Shown in pieces: positions 34,416-43,175 of a DNA stretch of 54,764 bases (its first letter is position 1; each line of letters opens with the position of its first letter). The translations under genes and the position numbers were made by a program. This DNA comes from Candidatus Burarchaeum sp. (GTDB taxonomy: Archaea; Micrarchaeota; Micrarchaeia; Burarchaeales; Burarchaeaceae). Location of the stretch: NCBI GenBank assembly GCA_030646255.1, contig JAUSNF010000056.1, forward strand, positions 1-54,764. The letters run 5' to 3'. The notes under the pieces are model-generated. The model worked only from the letters and a program-made list of their open reading frames with translations, searched no databases and was not told the origin of the DNA.

Positions 34416-35654
34416 ATGAAGGGCCAGACCACTATTGAGTTCCTGCTCCTGCTCAGCGTGGTCGTGCTGCTCATACTGGCCGCCATCACCACAGTCAATG
34501 ACATTACTAAGATGCAGCAGAATACGACGCAGGCCGTGCGCTCGGGCGTCGAGAATGCATCGCTCTCGCTCCTGCAACAGTTCGCGGAGCAGCGCGTGGG
34601 CCTTCAACTCACCAATGTAACTGAAGTGGACCCTTCCTATGTGCGGCTCGAGGTTGCAAAGAGCGACCCGTATTTCTCCAACCAGCCCTCCATCATACAG
34701 GTCATGGCATGGAATGATTATGCAGGCGTAATGCTCATACCTGAAATACGGGCCTCAATAACAGGGCCTGATGGGAAGGAGATGGTCTCCTCGCCCGGCT
34801 CGGAAATCAACCTCACAATCACGCTCGTGCGCTCGGTCACAGTCACCTTCCTGCCCCCGCAGATTGGCAATTACAATGTAACCGTTACTGCGATAGGTGC
34901 AGAGGGGCAGGTGCTCAAGCAGAAGAAGGTTGCATTCACTGTTGTAGGCGGCGGCGTGGGCGGCTCTGAGTTCACGCTGGAGCGCCACGTAGTCGCGGCG
35001 CGCAATGCCACTGCCCGCAGTGCGCACTTCGTTGACACCGTGCTTCTTCCAAATGCAAGCGTGCGCTCGGCAACCCTTGAGCTGTACGATACGCACGCCT
35101 ACGAGCAGAGGAATCTTTCTGCCTATGCCTATGATGCCGTGTTCAAGTGGGCCAGCATCCAGGGCGTCGGCTCTACAACTGCGGCCGGCGCTGCAGCTGC
35201 ATACAAGTATTCGAACTCGCCGCTCGATGTTGTGCTGCCCCAGGATGCGGTAATCTCTGATGCCGAGCTCGTAATCGGCGGCGCCAACGTGTGGCTGGAC
35301 GGCGAACTTTTCACCGTAACTGTTGACAAGACCAAGCTCCTGCCGCTCCTCAGGCCGGGCAGCAACCTGCTGAACGTGCAGGCTACTGACCAGATTGGCA
35401 CGTGCGGCTCGCTCAGCTGCTCGACCATCAATACGGTCGGCGAGGCGCGGCTGCGTGTCTCCTATTACGCGCCCAGCGCATTCACGGCCGCGCCCGAAGA
35501 CATAATGTTCGGGATAAAAATCAATGGCAAGGACGTGCCCATGGTGGCCACTGCCATGGACATCTCGCCCTACCTGGGCCCGGGCCTCAACACCATAAAC
35601 TTCACCTATGTCAACGGCACGTTCACCTACAGGCTGCGCGTGGTAACAGGGTAA
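34416..35654 (+). CDS. large prepilin-like protein (possible tip/adhesin subunit)
   Basis: MKG|QTTIEFLLLLSVVVLLILAAITTV is followed by about 390 aa of beta-rich sequence with several NxS/T sequons. Start set at ATG 34416. Confidence 0.8.
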   Translation: MKGQTTIEFLLLLSVVVLLILAAITTVNDITKMQQNTTQAVRSGVENASLSLLQQFAEQRVGLQLTNVTEVDPSYVRLEVAKSDPYFSNQPSIIQVMAWNDYAGVMLIPEIRASITGPDGKEMVSSPGSEINLTITLVRSVTVTFLPPQIGNYNVTVTAIGAEGQVLKQKKVAFTVVGGGVGGSEFTLERHVVAARNATARSAHFVDTVLLPNASVRSATLELYDTHAYEQRNLSAYAYDAVFKWASIQGVGSTTAAGAAAAYKYSNSPLDVVLPQDAVISDAELVIGGANVWLDGELFTVTVDKTKLLPLLRPGSNLLNVQATDQIGTCGSLSCSTINTVGEARLRVSYYAPSAFTAAPEDIMFGIKINGKDVPMVATAMDISPYLGPGLNTINFTYVNGTFTYRLRVVTG

Positions 35655-35658
35655 TCTG

Positions 35659-36090
35659 ATGCAGGAGACAACGAGGCGCGGACAGGCGCTTACGCTCGAG
35701 GCCGTGCTGGCGCTTTTCATAGCAATCCTATTCATCTACCTCCTGCTGGGCACGGGCACCGGCGAGACGTGGGATATGCGGCTCGAGCGCGCGGGCTATG
35801 ACTTCGTGAACGCAGTCTATCTTGACGACGCAATACACAGCACGCTCGTAGATGGGGCCGAGCGGGGCACATATGATGCGGCCGAGCTTTCCACTGTGAA
35901 TAGCCGGCTTGAGCAATACGCCACCATGCTCGGCCTAAGCCGCGTGGACGTCGAGGTTGAGGGTGCGGGCAAGTTCTCGGGCATACACAAGGACGCGCCC
36001 GAGCCTCTGCAGAAGGAAACATTCTATGCGCTGCTGCCGCTGAGGGGCGGCGAGGACAACAGGCTTGTGACAGTTACGGTTTGGATGTGA
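35659..36090 (+). CDS. prepilin-like protein
   Basis: MQETTRRG|QALTLEAVLALFIAILFIYLLL. Confidence 0.7.
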   Translation: MQETTRRGQALTLEAVLALFIAILFIYLLLGTGTGETWDMRLERAGYDFVNAVYLDDAIHSTLVDGAERGTYDAAELSTVNSRLEQYATMLGLSRVDVEVEGAGKFSGIHKDAPEPLQKETFYALLPLRGGEDNRLVTVTVWM

Positions 36091-36184
36091 GGGTGTGCGG
36101 AAACGATGTGCGTGTAAGTGCGAGCGAGAACGGGATGGGCGCGCAGTAACTGCATGCGTGTAAGTATTGTGCGGATGTGAAAAT

Positions 36185-36547
36185 ATGAAACGCTCGATGA
36201 AAGGCATGGCCGGAATGTTCATAGTCATAATCGTGCTTCTCGGCACGATAGCCTGGGTGTTCCAGAACAATGTGCGCGAGGCTCGCCTTATCTCAAAGGA
36301 GGCCGTCATAAACGAGGTGCGGAGCAACAGGCTTGCAACCCTGCGCAACGTGATTGAGAAAACCTACCCTTCGGTCGAGCCCAAGAACCGCGCCGCATGG
36401 TCTGCGGCCGTGCAGGAGAAGCTCGGGCCCAAGTACGGCATCGAGCTTGGCATTTCCTATGGCAGCTACCCGCCCTACGCGGTGCTCGAGGACCGCACCT
36501 ATGGCATGAGCTCGAGGTTCTATCTGTCATCGGGAAGGACTGAATAA
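36185..36547 (+). CDS. prepilin-like / N-terminally anchored small protein
   Basis: MKRSMKG|MAGMFIVIIVLLGTIAWVF. It is the last gene of the co-directional pilin array. Confidence 0.55.
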   Translation: MKRSMKGMAGMFIVIIVLLGTIAWVFQNNVREARLISKEAVINEVRSNRLATLRNVIEKTYPSVEPKNRAAWSAAVQEKLGPKYGIELGISYGSYPPYAVLEDRTYGMSSRFYLSSGRTE

Positions 36548-36595
36548 GGCACTACAGTTCGTTTGCTTTTTCTGTTCGCTGCCTAGCCTACCGAC

Positions 36596-37546
36596 CTATC
36601 CTATCAGCACAGTCTGCAGCACAGTCATTGAGATTATGAATACTGCCGCAGCCACGCCGAGCATGAAGGGCAGGAAGCGCACAATGCCTTTCTTCACCGA
36701 GCCGTACCTGACCTGGCCGATATAAACCGCGTCAAGGCAGACTGCAATAACCATGTAGCAGAGCAGCGTGAAGAGCAGCAGGCCCTTGTCATTGGCCGAG
36801 TAGAGCGTGGCGCCCAAAAGGTTCTCAAGAATTGCGAGAATCGTGAAGCCAACGCCTGCGAAGAGCGGGTAGAAGAGCGCGCTCGAGGCGAACACCATCC
36901 ACACCGACAGCCCTGTCCTGCTGTTCTTGTCATCGCGCGCCTGCATTGTCTGCTGGATGTCGCTCGTCATCATGTTCAGCGTCTTGCCTATGTCCACGCC
37001 GCTCTCAATGGAGAACGAGATGATGTCGAATGTGCGCGAAATGTAGCGGTTGCCGAGGTTCTTGAGCCTGAAGAATGCCTGGCCAACATCTGATGTGGCC
37101 TCGTAGATGCGCATCGCACTCAAAAGCTCAGGAGTGAGCTGCCCATAATCTATGTGCGTGCTCATTATCAGCGCATCGCGCATGTTCTTCCTGCTCGCGT
37201 AGGTCGACACTAGATGTGAAAGGAAGAGCGGGAGCGAGCGCTCAATCGCATCCACCTTGTTGTGCGCAGCAGTCTGCGGGAAGGTCGTGACCGCATAGCC
37301 TGCGAAAAAGCCTATTACCGGGCCGGCTGCAAGTGCGTAGAATACATTGCCCATCAGCACGAGCACGAGCAGGAACCCGAGCACAAAGCCGGCAAGGCCT
37401 GCGGTAATCGTCGTGCGCGCCCAGTAGTCCGGCCCCTTTGGCCCGCCCACAATGTCGCAGTAGGTTGCCAGCTTCTTCACTAAATATTCGTGCAGCCTGG
37501 CGTAAATCCTGAGCTTGAACCTCCCCTGCGGCTGCGCCCCTGCCAT
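36596..37546 (-). CDS. type IV filament platform protein, T2SS-F domain (TadC/FlaJ-half-like)
   Basis: It has a polytopic membrane topology with a soluble helical domain (..IERSLPLFLSHLVSTYASRKNMRDAL..DVGQAFFRL..) characteristic of GspF/TadBC/FlaJ repeats. Its ATG abuts the stop of the upstream paralogue. Confidence 0.8.
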   Translation of the reverse strand: MAGAQPQGRFKLRIYARLHEYLVKKLATYCDIVGGPKGPDYWARTTITAGLAGFVLGFLLVLVLMGNVFYALAAGPVIGFFAGYAVTTFPQTAAHNKVDAIERSLPLFLSHLVSTYASRKNMRDALIMSTHIDYGQLTPELLSAMRIYEATSDVGQAFFRLKNLGNRYISRTFDIISFSIESGVDIGKTLNMMTSDIQQTMQARDDKNSRTGLSVWMVFASSALFYPLFAGVGFTILAILENLLGATLYSANDKGLLLFTLLCYMVIAVCLDAVYIGQVRYGSVKKGIVRFLPFMLGVAAAVFIISMTVLQTVLIG

Positions 37547-38578
37547 CTAAACACCCGGTGAGGACTTTACGAGCCTCACAGTCAGTAAGTACTTGATGAG
37601 CGGGAAGGCGATGAGGTAGACGGGCAGGAGGTAGATTACGGGCACCCTGATTGACGAGATGACCGAGCCCTGCGAAATCATGAAGACCAGCAGGCCAGGT
37701 ATTACTCCGGTTACAATCACCATGAATGTCGATAGCCTGATGGCCTCGTTTGCATAGAGCGAAATCTCGTTGGCCTGCGTGAATGTGAGCTCCTCTATAT
37801 AGGCCTTGAGCGCGCCCTCGATGTTCGCGCCGCTCGCGGTTGCGTAGCTCAACGTGGCGACGAAGCGCTGGAACTGCAGCGACTGCGTGCGCTCCGCGGT
37901 TATGCGGAATGCCTCGTCCACGTCCTCGCCTCCCTTTATGAGCACAGTGCTCTCGCGGAACAGCTCGCTCACCATCCCATAGTCCTCGTTTGCAATGGAC
38001 TCAATGGCAGTTGCAAGCGGCACGCCCGCGCTCAGCTCGCTCAGCAGGTGCCTCAGCGCATCCAGAAGGTTTACATCCACCTCGCGTATGCGCCTCTGCA
38101 CCGTAAAGACAATGTAGTGGTGCGCGATGAGCGGCGAGATTATCGTGATTGCAAGCGCCATGAGGAAGGCGGTGAGGGACGGGAAGTTGAAGATTACTGA
38201 GAGCGAGAGGAAGAAGAATGACGAGAGAACGAATGCGCTGAGCGCCGCGCCCATCACGAGCGAAACGTACTCATATGGGCCAATAGTGTACATGCTCTTG
38301 AGCAGCAGCTCAGCCATGTTCCTCTGCGTGCGTTCAACCGTCTTGCGCACGAGCCGCGGCGTTATGAATGCAACTATCAGCGCAAATATCGGGATGAGAT
38401 ATACTGGCAGGCCAAAGGAAACCGAGAGCGCGAGGAAGATGAAAATAGAGAGGATGAATGCGCCCGCAGCTGCTCCGAGCTCCATTACCCGGCCTGCCTC
38501 CACATGCCTGTTCCTGAAGACGCCTGCCCACCACTTTGCAAATCCTTCTATTATGCCCTTTGCCTCGGAATCAGCCAC
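37547..38578 (-). CDS. type IV filament platform protein, T2SS-F domain (TadB/FlaJ-half-like)
   Basis: Same architecture as the neighbour (..VDVNLLDALRHLLSELSAGVPLATAIESIA..DVDEAFRITA..). Together the two genes equal one two-repeat FlaJ/PilC. Confidence 0.8.
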   Translation of the reverse strand: MADSEAKGIIEGFAKWWAGVFRNRHVEAGRVMELGAAAGAFILSIFIFLALSVSFGLPVYLIPIFALIVAFITPRLVRKTVERTQRNMAELLLKSMYTIGPYEYVSLVMGAALSAFVLSSFFFLSLSVIFNFPSLTAFLMALAITIISPLIAHHYIVFTVQRRIREVDVNLLDALRHLLSELSAGVPLATAIESIANEDYGMVSELFRESTVLIKGGEDVDEAFRITAERTQSLQFQRFVATLSYATASGANIEGALKAYIEELTFTQANEISLYANEAIRLSTFMVIVTGVIPGLLVFMISQGSVISSIRVPVIYLLPVYLIAFPLIKYLLTVRLVKSSPGV

Positions 38579-38589
38579 TCGAGAACCAC

Positions 38590-40314
38590 CTACTTCTTCT
38601 TAATTCCCTTCAGGAGATTGGAAACATAGGCATCGCGCTGGTCCATTTGCGTTGTGGAATAGTCGTAGACAACGCCGCCCACGCTCTCATAGGATGTAAT
38701 GTCCTTTGAAACCAGGTATTCCATGATGGCTGTGCGCCTTTTCATCTCCTCGCCAACCTGCTTCTCAGTAAGGCCGAACCTCTTGCCATAGCGTGCAAGC
38801 AGCGAGGAGTCTGCGCCTGTGCCCAGGAACTTCTTCTCGCGGTCGTCGAACTCGTAAATAGTATTCAGGTAGGCCGCTTCCTCGCCCTCCTGCCACACCT
38901 TGCCCAGCATGCTCTGCGAAAGGTTCTTGGCCTTGAGTGCGTTCTCGACCTTCTCGGGAATGTCTCCGCGCGAGTGCCACAATATCTCGGAGCACTGCGC
39001 AATGCGGCGCTTCTTGTCTATGTCCGTGCCGAGCGTGATGACTAAATCCAGCATTGTAATCATATTGGTGGGCACTGACATGGGCGGGTTGCGCATCCTC
39101 TTGATGACTGCAGTGCCGAATTCCTGCGAGTGCAGGGTCGTCATGAACGGGATGCCCCAGTTGGCGCCCGAGAAGAGCTCCACGGCCTCCTCACCCCTTG
39201 TTTCTCCTACAACGAGCCGGTCGGGCCTCATGCGCAGGGCATTCATAATCTGGTCGAGCACTGTGCGCAGCTGGCTCACCTCAATGCCGCGCCTCATGGC
39301 CTCCTCCTTCTTTTCCTTGTACACGCCGATAAGCGGAATCCAGTTGATGAACCTGTCGTAGAAGCGCAGCTCATTAATTTCCTCCTCAATGCTCACCACG
39401 CGCTCGCCGCGCGGGATGAACACCAGCAGGGAGCTGAGCATGCTAGTCTTTCCTGTCGCAGGCGCGCCCGTTACGATAATCTGCGCGTTCTTGAGTTCTA
39501 CAACCATCCAGAGGAATGCGCCAATCTCGGGCGTGGCCGTGCCGAACTTCACCATCTTCGCGAAAGTCCAGGGGTCCGTGCCCAGTAACCTTATGTTTGC
39601 AGTTGCGCCCGTGAGCGAGGCCGGGTAAATCTGTGCGTGCAGACGAGAGCCATCGGGCAGCTGCGCATCCACAACCGGGTGCATGGGGTCAAGCTGTTTG
39701 CCCAAAGGCCGAAGCACTGCATTCATAATCCTCCTGAACGAGCGCTCGTTCGAGAAGCGCAGGTTGGTTATGCACCTCCCATGCTTCCTGTGGTAAACAT
39801 GGATTTCGCGCATCGGGTGGTCGACTTCAATTTCTTCCAGGTTCTCGCGGTCGTTGATCCACAAGTATTCAATTGGTCCGAAGCCCACGGTGTCAGTTGC
39901 AATTATCTCTGCGATGATATTCTTCTTGTCCGCCGGCAGCTGCGGGTAGATGAGGTTGCACATCTCGAACGCAATTTCCTTGGCCTTTATGAGCACCGCC
40001 GACCTTGTTGCCACATCAAACTTCTCCGGGTGCAGCTGCTCGACGTATTTCTCGGCTATTCTTGCCGTTGTATAGTGTTTCACCACTTCAGCAGCCTGCC
40101 AGTCCTCGGGAATCAGCTGGGGGAACTGTATGTAGTACGTGCGGCCTATATCTTCAATGTCGTAGATGCCTACCCTGCCGTAGGACTCGACCAGCTTGGC
40201 CTTCTTCTGCGGCGGAAGCTCGAGCGCGCGGAAGCAGATGCTCGTTGCGCTTCCAGTGTTCGCCAGCGCAGTCTCCTTGTAAATCACTGTCGGGAGGTTT
40301 TTTCCATCCCCCAC
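38590..40314 (-). CDS. type II/IV secretion-family assembly ATPase (FlaI/PilB/TadA-like)
   Basis: Walker A GAPATGKTS, an Asp box and Walker B ..PDRLVVGETRGEEA, and a His box TTLHS are present. GTG start at 40314, the only in-frame start near the N-terminus. Confidence 0.9.
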   Translation of the reverse strand: MGDGKNLPTVIYKETALANTGSATSICFRALELPPQKKAKLVESYGRVGIYDIEDIGRTYYIQFPQLIPEDWQAAEVVKHYTTARIAEKYVEQLHPEKFDVATRSAVLIKAKEIAFEMCNLIYPQLPADKKNIIAEIIATDTVGFGPIEYLWINDRENLEEIEVDHPMREIHVYHRKHGRCITNLRFSNERSFRRIMNAVLRPLGKQLDPMHPVVDAQLPDGSRLHAQIYPASLTGATANIRLLGTDPWTFAKMVKFGTATPEIGAFLWMVVELKNAQIIVTGAPATGKTSMLSSLLVFIPRGERVVSIEEEINELRFYDRFINWIPLIGVYKEKKEEAMRRGIEVSQLRTVLDQIMNALRMRPDRLVVGETRGEEAVELFSGANWGIPFMTTLHSQEFGTAVIKRMRNPPMSVPTNMITMLDLVITLGTDIDKKRRIAQCSEILWHSRGDIPEKVENALKAKNLSQSMLGKVWQEGEEAAYLNTIYEFDDREKKFLGTGADSSLLARYGKRFGLTEKQVGEEMKRRTAIMEYLVSKDITSYESVGGVVYDYSTTQMDQRDAYVSNLLKGIKKK

Positions 40315-40504
40315 GAATTGGACCTGGTCCTCGCCTGCGGTAAAAGTTTGCTCTGCCGTCTGATCACCGCCATGTAATCGGGCAGGTGGTTTAAAAGTGT
40401 TTGGGCTCGTGCGAAAGGCCGTAGTGCTTAGTCTGACTTTTTCTCAGCTTCCTTGGGCGTCGGTACAAGGAGCACAAGATAACGTACCTGCCGTACAGGC
40501 ACGA

Positions 40505-40762
40505 CTAACGACGGAACTTTTCCTCCTCAGCCTTCTTTTTCTTCAGCTTCTCAACTTCTCGTGCAGCAGGCATAATGAATCTGTACACGAACACGTAACT
40601 TATGGCGGCCGCCATGAAAACAAAGACATAGGGCGACGTGCGTTTCATAATCGCATTAGCGTAGAAGAAGAGGATAATTATAGGGATGGCTTCAAGTGCT
40701 AAGAAAATGTACATTTTTCTTTGCGCTGCCCAAATCTCATAATCAATGGTCATCTGTTTCAC
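40505..40762 (-). CDS. small two-TM protein with Lys/Glu-rich tail
   Basis: Hydrophobic segments are YIFLALEAIPIIILFFYANAI and YVFVFMAAAISYVFVY, and the tail is KLKKKKAEEEKFRR. GTG 40762 lies 27 nt from the shared TATA centre; ATG 40753 is an alternative start. Confidence 0.5.
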   Translation of the reverse strand: MKQMTIDYEIWAAQRKMYIFLALEAIPIIILFFYANAIMKRTSPYVFVFMAAAISYVFVYRFIMPAAREVEKLKKKKAEEEKFRR

Positions 40763-40784
40763 TCATGCCTATTTCAAAGGCGAC

Positions 40785-40793
40785 TATTTTTAA
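40785..40793. promoter_or_regulatory. single TATA box (TATTTTTAA) shared by divergent genes
   Basis: The centre at 40789 is 27 nt from GTG 40762 (minus) and 27 nt from the Pelota ATG 40816 (plus). Confidence 0.5.
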
Positions 40794-40815
40794 CCTGCTC
40801 GTTCAAACTGAGTGC

Positions 40816-41862
40816 ATGCGCGCATCTTTGAACCACGCCACGGGCGAGGCCCGGCTCACGCCTGAGAGCGACGAGGACATCTGGCACATCGAGCGGGTGC
40901 TGGGCCCCGGCGACATTGTGAAGTCCAAGAGCATGCGCAGGTTCAAGCCCGGCGAGGGCGATAGCGGCGACAAGCGGCCCGTTAGCGTCGAGATTGTGGC
41001 CGAAAAGATTGAGTTCCACGAGGGCACAGGCCACCTGCGCATTACGGGCAAGATAAAGAGCGGCAGCCCCGAGGAATATGTGCAGATTGGAAACTACCAC
41101 ACGGTTGACGTCATAGCGGGCGAGCTCATCACGGTCACAAAACAGTGGAAGCCCTATCAGCTTGAGCGGCTGAAGGAGGCGCAGGCAGAGGCCAAGAGGC
41201 CAAAGCTCGCCATAATTGCAATGGATGATGAGAAGGCCACCGTGGCGCTCGTGAAGGGCTACGGCGTGCGCAAGGTGTGCGAGATTGAGAGCAAGGCGAG
41301 CAAGAAGGACACGCAGAAGGTGCACGAGCTGGCGGTCGCCAAATATTACGGCGCGATTCTCGAAAAGGTGAAGGGTTACAAGCACCGCACAATCATCGCA
41401 GGCCCGGGCTTTGAGAAGGACAACTTCAAGAAATTCGTCGAGGCTAATGACAGGGAGAAAAAGGTGCTGCCCCTGCTCTCATTCGAGAGCTGCAGCAACC
41501 CTGAGATTACCGGCATCTATGAGCTCATGAGGCAGGGCATAGTGTCGAAGATTGCGGGGCAGGAAAGGGCAGCGCGCGAGCTTAACCTGGTGAATGAATT
41601 CATCTCTGCGACTTCCGGTGCTGGCGGTGCGCTGACTGCCTATGGCCGCAAGGCCGTTGGCGAGGCTTTGCAGTTCGGTGCCATTGATAGGCTGCTAGTG
41701 AATGACGAGCTGGTGAGGCAGGACGAGGAAATTGAGACGCTGGCCGAGAAGTGCGAGGAGGCTGGCGCAAAAGTCACATACTTCAATGTGCAGGATTATG
41801 CCGGCAGGCAGCTCGAGGGCTTCGGCGGCATTGCGGCATTCCTGAAGTTCAAGGTAAAATAA
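40816..41862 (+). CDS. pelA: Pelota (Dom34) mRNA-surveillance / ribosome-rescue factor
   Basis: ..PESDEDIWHIERVLGPGDIV.., LRITGKI.., GNYHTVDV, IIAGPGFEKDNF, AYGRKAVGEALQFGAIDRLLV and LEGFGGIAAFLKFKV are collinear with Pelota/eRF1 domains. Start set at ATG 40816. Confidence 0.9.
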   Translation: MRASLNHATGEARLTPESDEDIWHIERVLGPGDIVKSKSMRRFKPGEGDSGDKRPVSVEIVAEKIEFHEGTGHLRITGKIKSGSPEEYVQIGNYHTVDVIAGELITVTKQWKPYQLERLKEAQAEAKRPKLAIIAMDDEKATVALVKGYGVRKVCEIESKASKKDTQKVHELAVAKYYGAILEKVKGYKHRTIIAGPGFEKDNFKKFVEANDREKKVLPLLSFESCSNPEITGIYELMRQGIVSKIAGQERAARELNLVNEFISATSGAGGALTAYGRKAVGEALQFGAIDRLLVNDELVRQDEEIETLAEKCEEAGAKVTYFNVQDYAGRQLEGFGGIAAFLKFKVK

Positions 41863-41871
41863 GTTGGTTGC

Positions 41872-42339
41872 ATGACTCTGCCTCCAAAATTGATTTCTCC
41901 TTTCGTGATGTGGGCACTCGTATTCATAGGTTTCATGCTTTCCTTCTTACTCGTGCCGGATGCAGCCCTTTTCCAAACCAACCTCTTCACCTCCGCATTT
42001 TTCTTCCTTGCAGGCGCCAACTGGCTTTACTTTTTCGCCTTCGCACTTGCGGAAAACCGCTATGCGGCAAGGAGCGCGGCTTCTGTCAAGAGCCTCGTGA
42101 CTACTGGCGTATATTCCAAGGTGCGGCATCCCATCTATTCAGCAGACATCTTCTTCGCATGGGGCATTTTCCTATTTTCGCCAACCATCAGGATTTTTGC
42201 ATGTGCGGCATGGCTGACCGTCGTGCTGTTGCTCTGGATGCGGCTTGAGGAAAATGCGCTGCTGAAAAGATTCAGTGCCCAGTACGCACGCTACCGCGCG
42301 AAAACGCCGATGCTGGTTCCGGATTATTTTAGGAAATAG
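41872..42339 (+). CDS. isoprenylcysteine carboxyl methyltransferase (ICMT/PEMT) family membrane methyltransferase
   Basis: LVTTGVYSKVRHPIYSADIFFAWGIFL ... LEENALLKRFSAQYARYRAKTPMLVP is the family signature. Confidence 0.8.
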   Translation: MTLPPKLISPFVMWALVFIGFMLSFLLVPDAALFQTNLFTSAFFFLAGANWLYFFAFALAENRYAARSAASVKSLVTTGVYSKVRHPIYSADIFFAWGIFLFSPTIRIFACAAWLTVVLLLWMRLEENALLKRFSAQYARYRAKTPMLVPDYFRK

Positions 42340-42345
42340 TGGCCG

Positions 42346-42882
42346 CTAGCCTATTCCGCGCCGCATGTAGGCAACTTTTGTCAAATCATACGCCAGCGTG
42401 TATGTAGTGAATGCGATGAACGGCGCCCAGGCGCCCGTCAGCACGCCATAGATTGCGGTAGGAATCGGATAATAGAGCATCGCCTCGCTGAGCACGTACT
42501 TCCAGCCGCGCAGGCCCAGCACGTCATCCGCATAATCCTTGATCGCTCCGAAGACCGTGAACACGAGGAAGAAGGGCAGGAAAATGGAGTAGTCGAATGC
42601 CGCGAAGAGGAAGAATGAAATGACTATCATGAGTGCGGCAAGTATGTGGTTCGGGTAGTCGAGCCTGCGCCTTAACACAAAGCCCGCAACCATGGCCAGC
42701 ATCGTATTCGCAATCGCATCGTTGTAGAGTACGAGCATTGAGCCGAACATGCCCCAGGCAACGCCCGCGAGCCAGTCCGCGCCCCTAAACCATTTCAGCC
42801 CGTGCTCGTCGAGCAAATCCGCTACCTTCATGGAATAGCCGAAGAGCGCAGAAATAGAAATCAGGTACAGCAGATCATACAT
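42346..42882 (-). CDS. hypothetical polytopic membrane protein
   Basis: Start trimmed to ATG 42882, because the longer track ORF would read through the tRNA gene. There are 5-6 hydrophobic segments. No family recognised. Confidence 0.6.
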   Translation of the reverse strand: MYDLLYLISISALFGYSMKVADLLDEHGLKWFRGADWLAGVAWGMFGSMLVLYNDAIANTMLAMVAGFVLRRRLDYPNHILAALMIVISFFLFAAFDYSIFLPFFLVFTVFGAIKDYADDVLGLRGWKYVLSEAMLYYPIPTAIYGVLTGAWAPFIAFTTYTLAYDLTKVAYMRRGIG

Positions 42883-42938
42883 GAGTGCGGTTCTCTTTCC
42901 GCTCGGGCGGAAAGGGACCCCTTTCCGTGAAACGGAAA

Positions 42939-43065
42939 TGCGGCTGCCGGGATTTGAACCCGGGTTTCGAGATTTTCGCATAGCGGTTCTTTTCCGCGGG
43001 CGCTTTTCTTTTTAAGAAAAGGGCCCTTGGCAACCTCGAGTCCTACCAGACTAGACTACGGCCGC
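42939..43065 (-). tRNA. tRNA-Gly(GCC) with a 54-nt intron at the canonical 37/38 position
   Basis: Hand-folded as GCGGCCG TA GTCT-AGTCTGGTA-GGAC T CGAGG-TTGCCA[intron 43027-42974]A-TCTCG AAAC CCGGG-TTCAAAT-CCCGG CAGCCGC A. It has all four arms, the T-loop TTCAAAT and a 73-nt mature length. There is one C6:A67 acceptor mismatch and no encoded CCA. Confidence 0.85.
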
Positions 43066-43175
43066 GAAAGAAACCTACGGTTTCTTTCAGACTTCCCTTT
43101 ACATGAGCAAAGGTTCCTTTGCCCAACTTCCTTTTATCGTGGCTCTTCTTTACGCCTTAAAGTAATTAAAAAGCT

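Noticed and set aside
32511-40314. Archaellum (motility) operon
   Set aside because: There are no archaellin-type subunits and no FlaH, FlaF/G or FlaC/D/E-like genes. The subunits are diverse minor-pilin-like proteins, so an adhesion-type pilus is the better call.
40418-40445. tRNA-like fragment AAAGGCCGTAGTGCTTAGTCTGAC resembling the 5' half of tRNA-Gly (GCGGCCGTAGTCTAGTCTGG), considered as a possible att-site remnant
   Set aside because: No T-arm or acceptor complement follows. It is in opposite orientation to the real tRNA and matches the 5' rather than the 3' half. The similarity is short enough to be chance.
42883-42981. N-terminal extension of ORF 42346..42981 (MRKSRNPGSNPGSR...)
   Set aside because: It is the translation of the tRNA-Gly 3' exon and T-arm on the same strand. 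The membrane protein almost certainly starts at ATG 42882.
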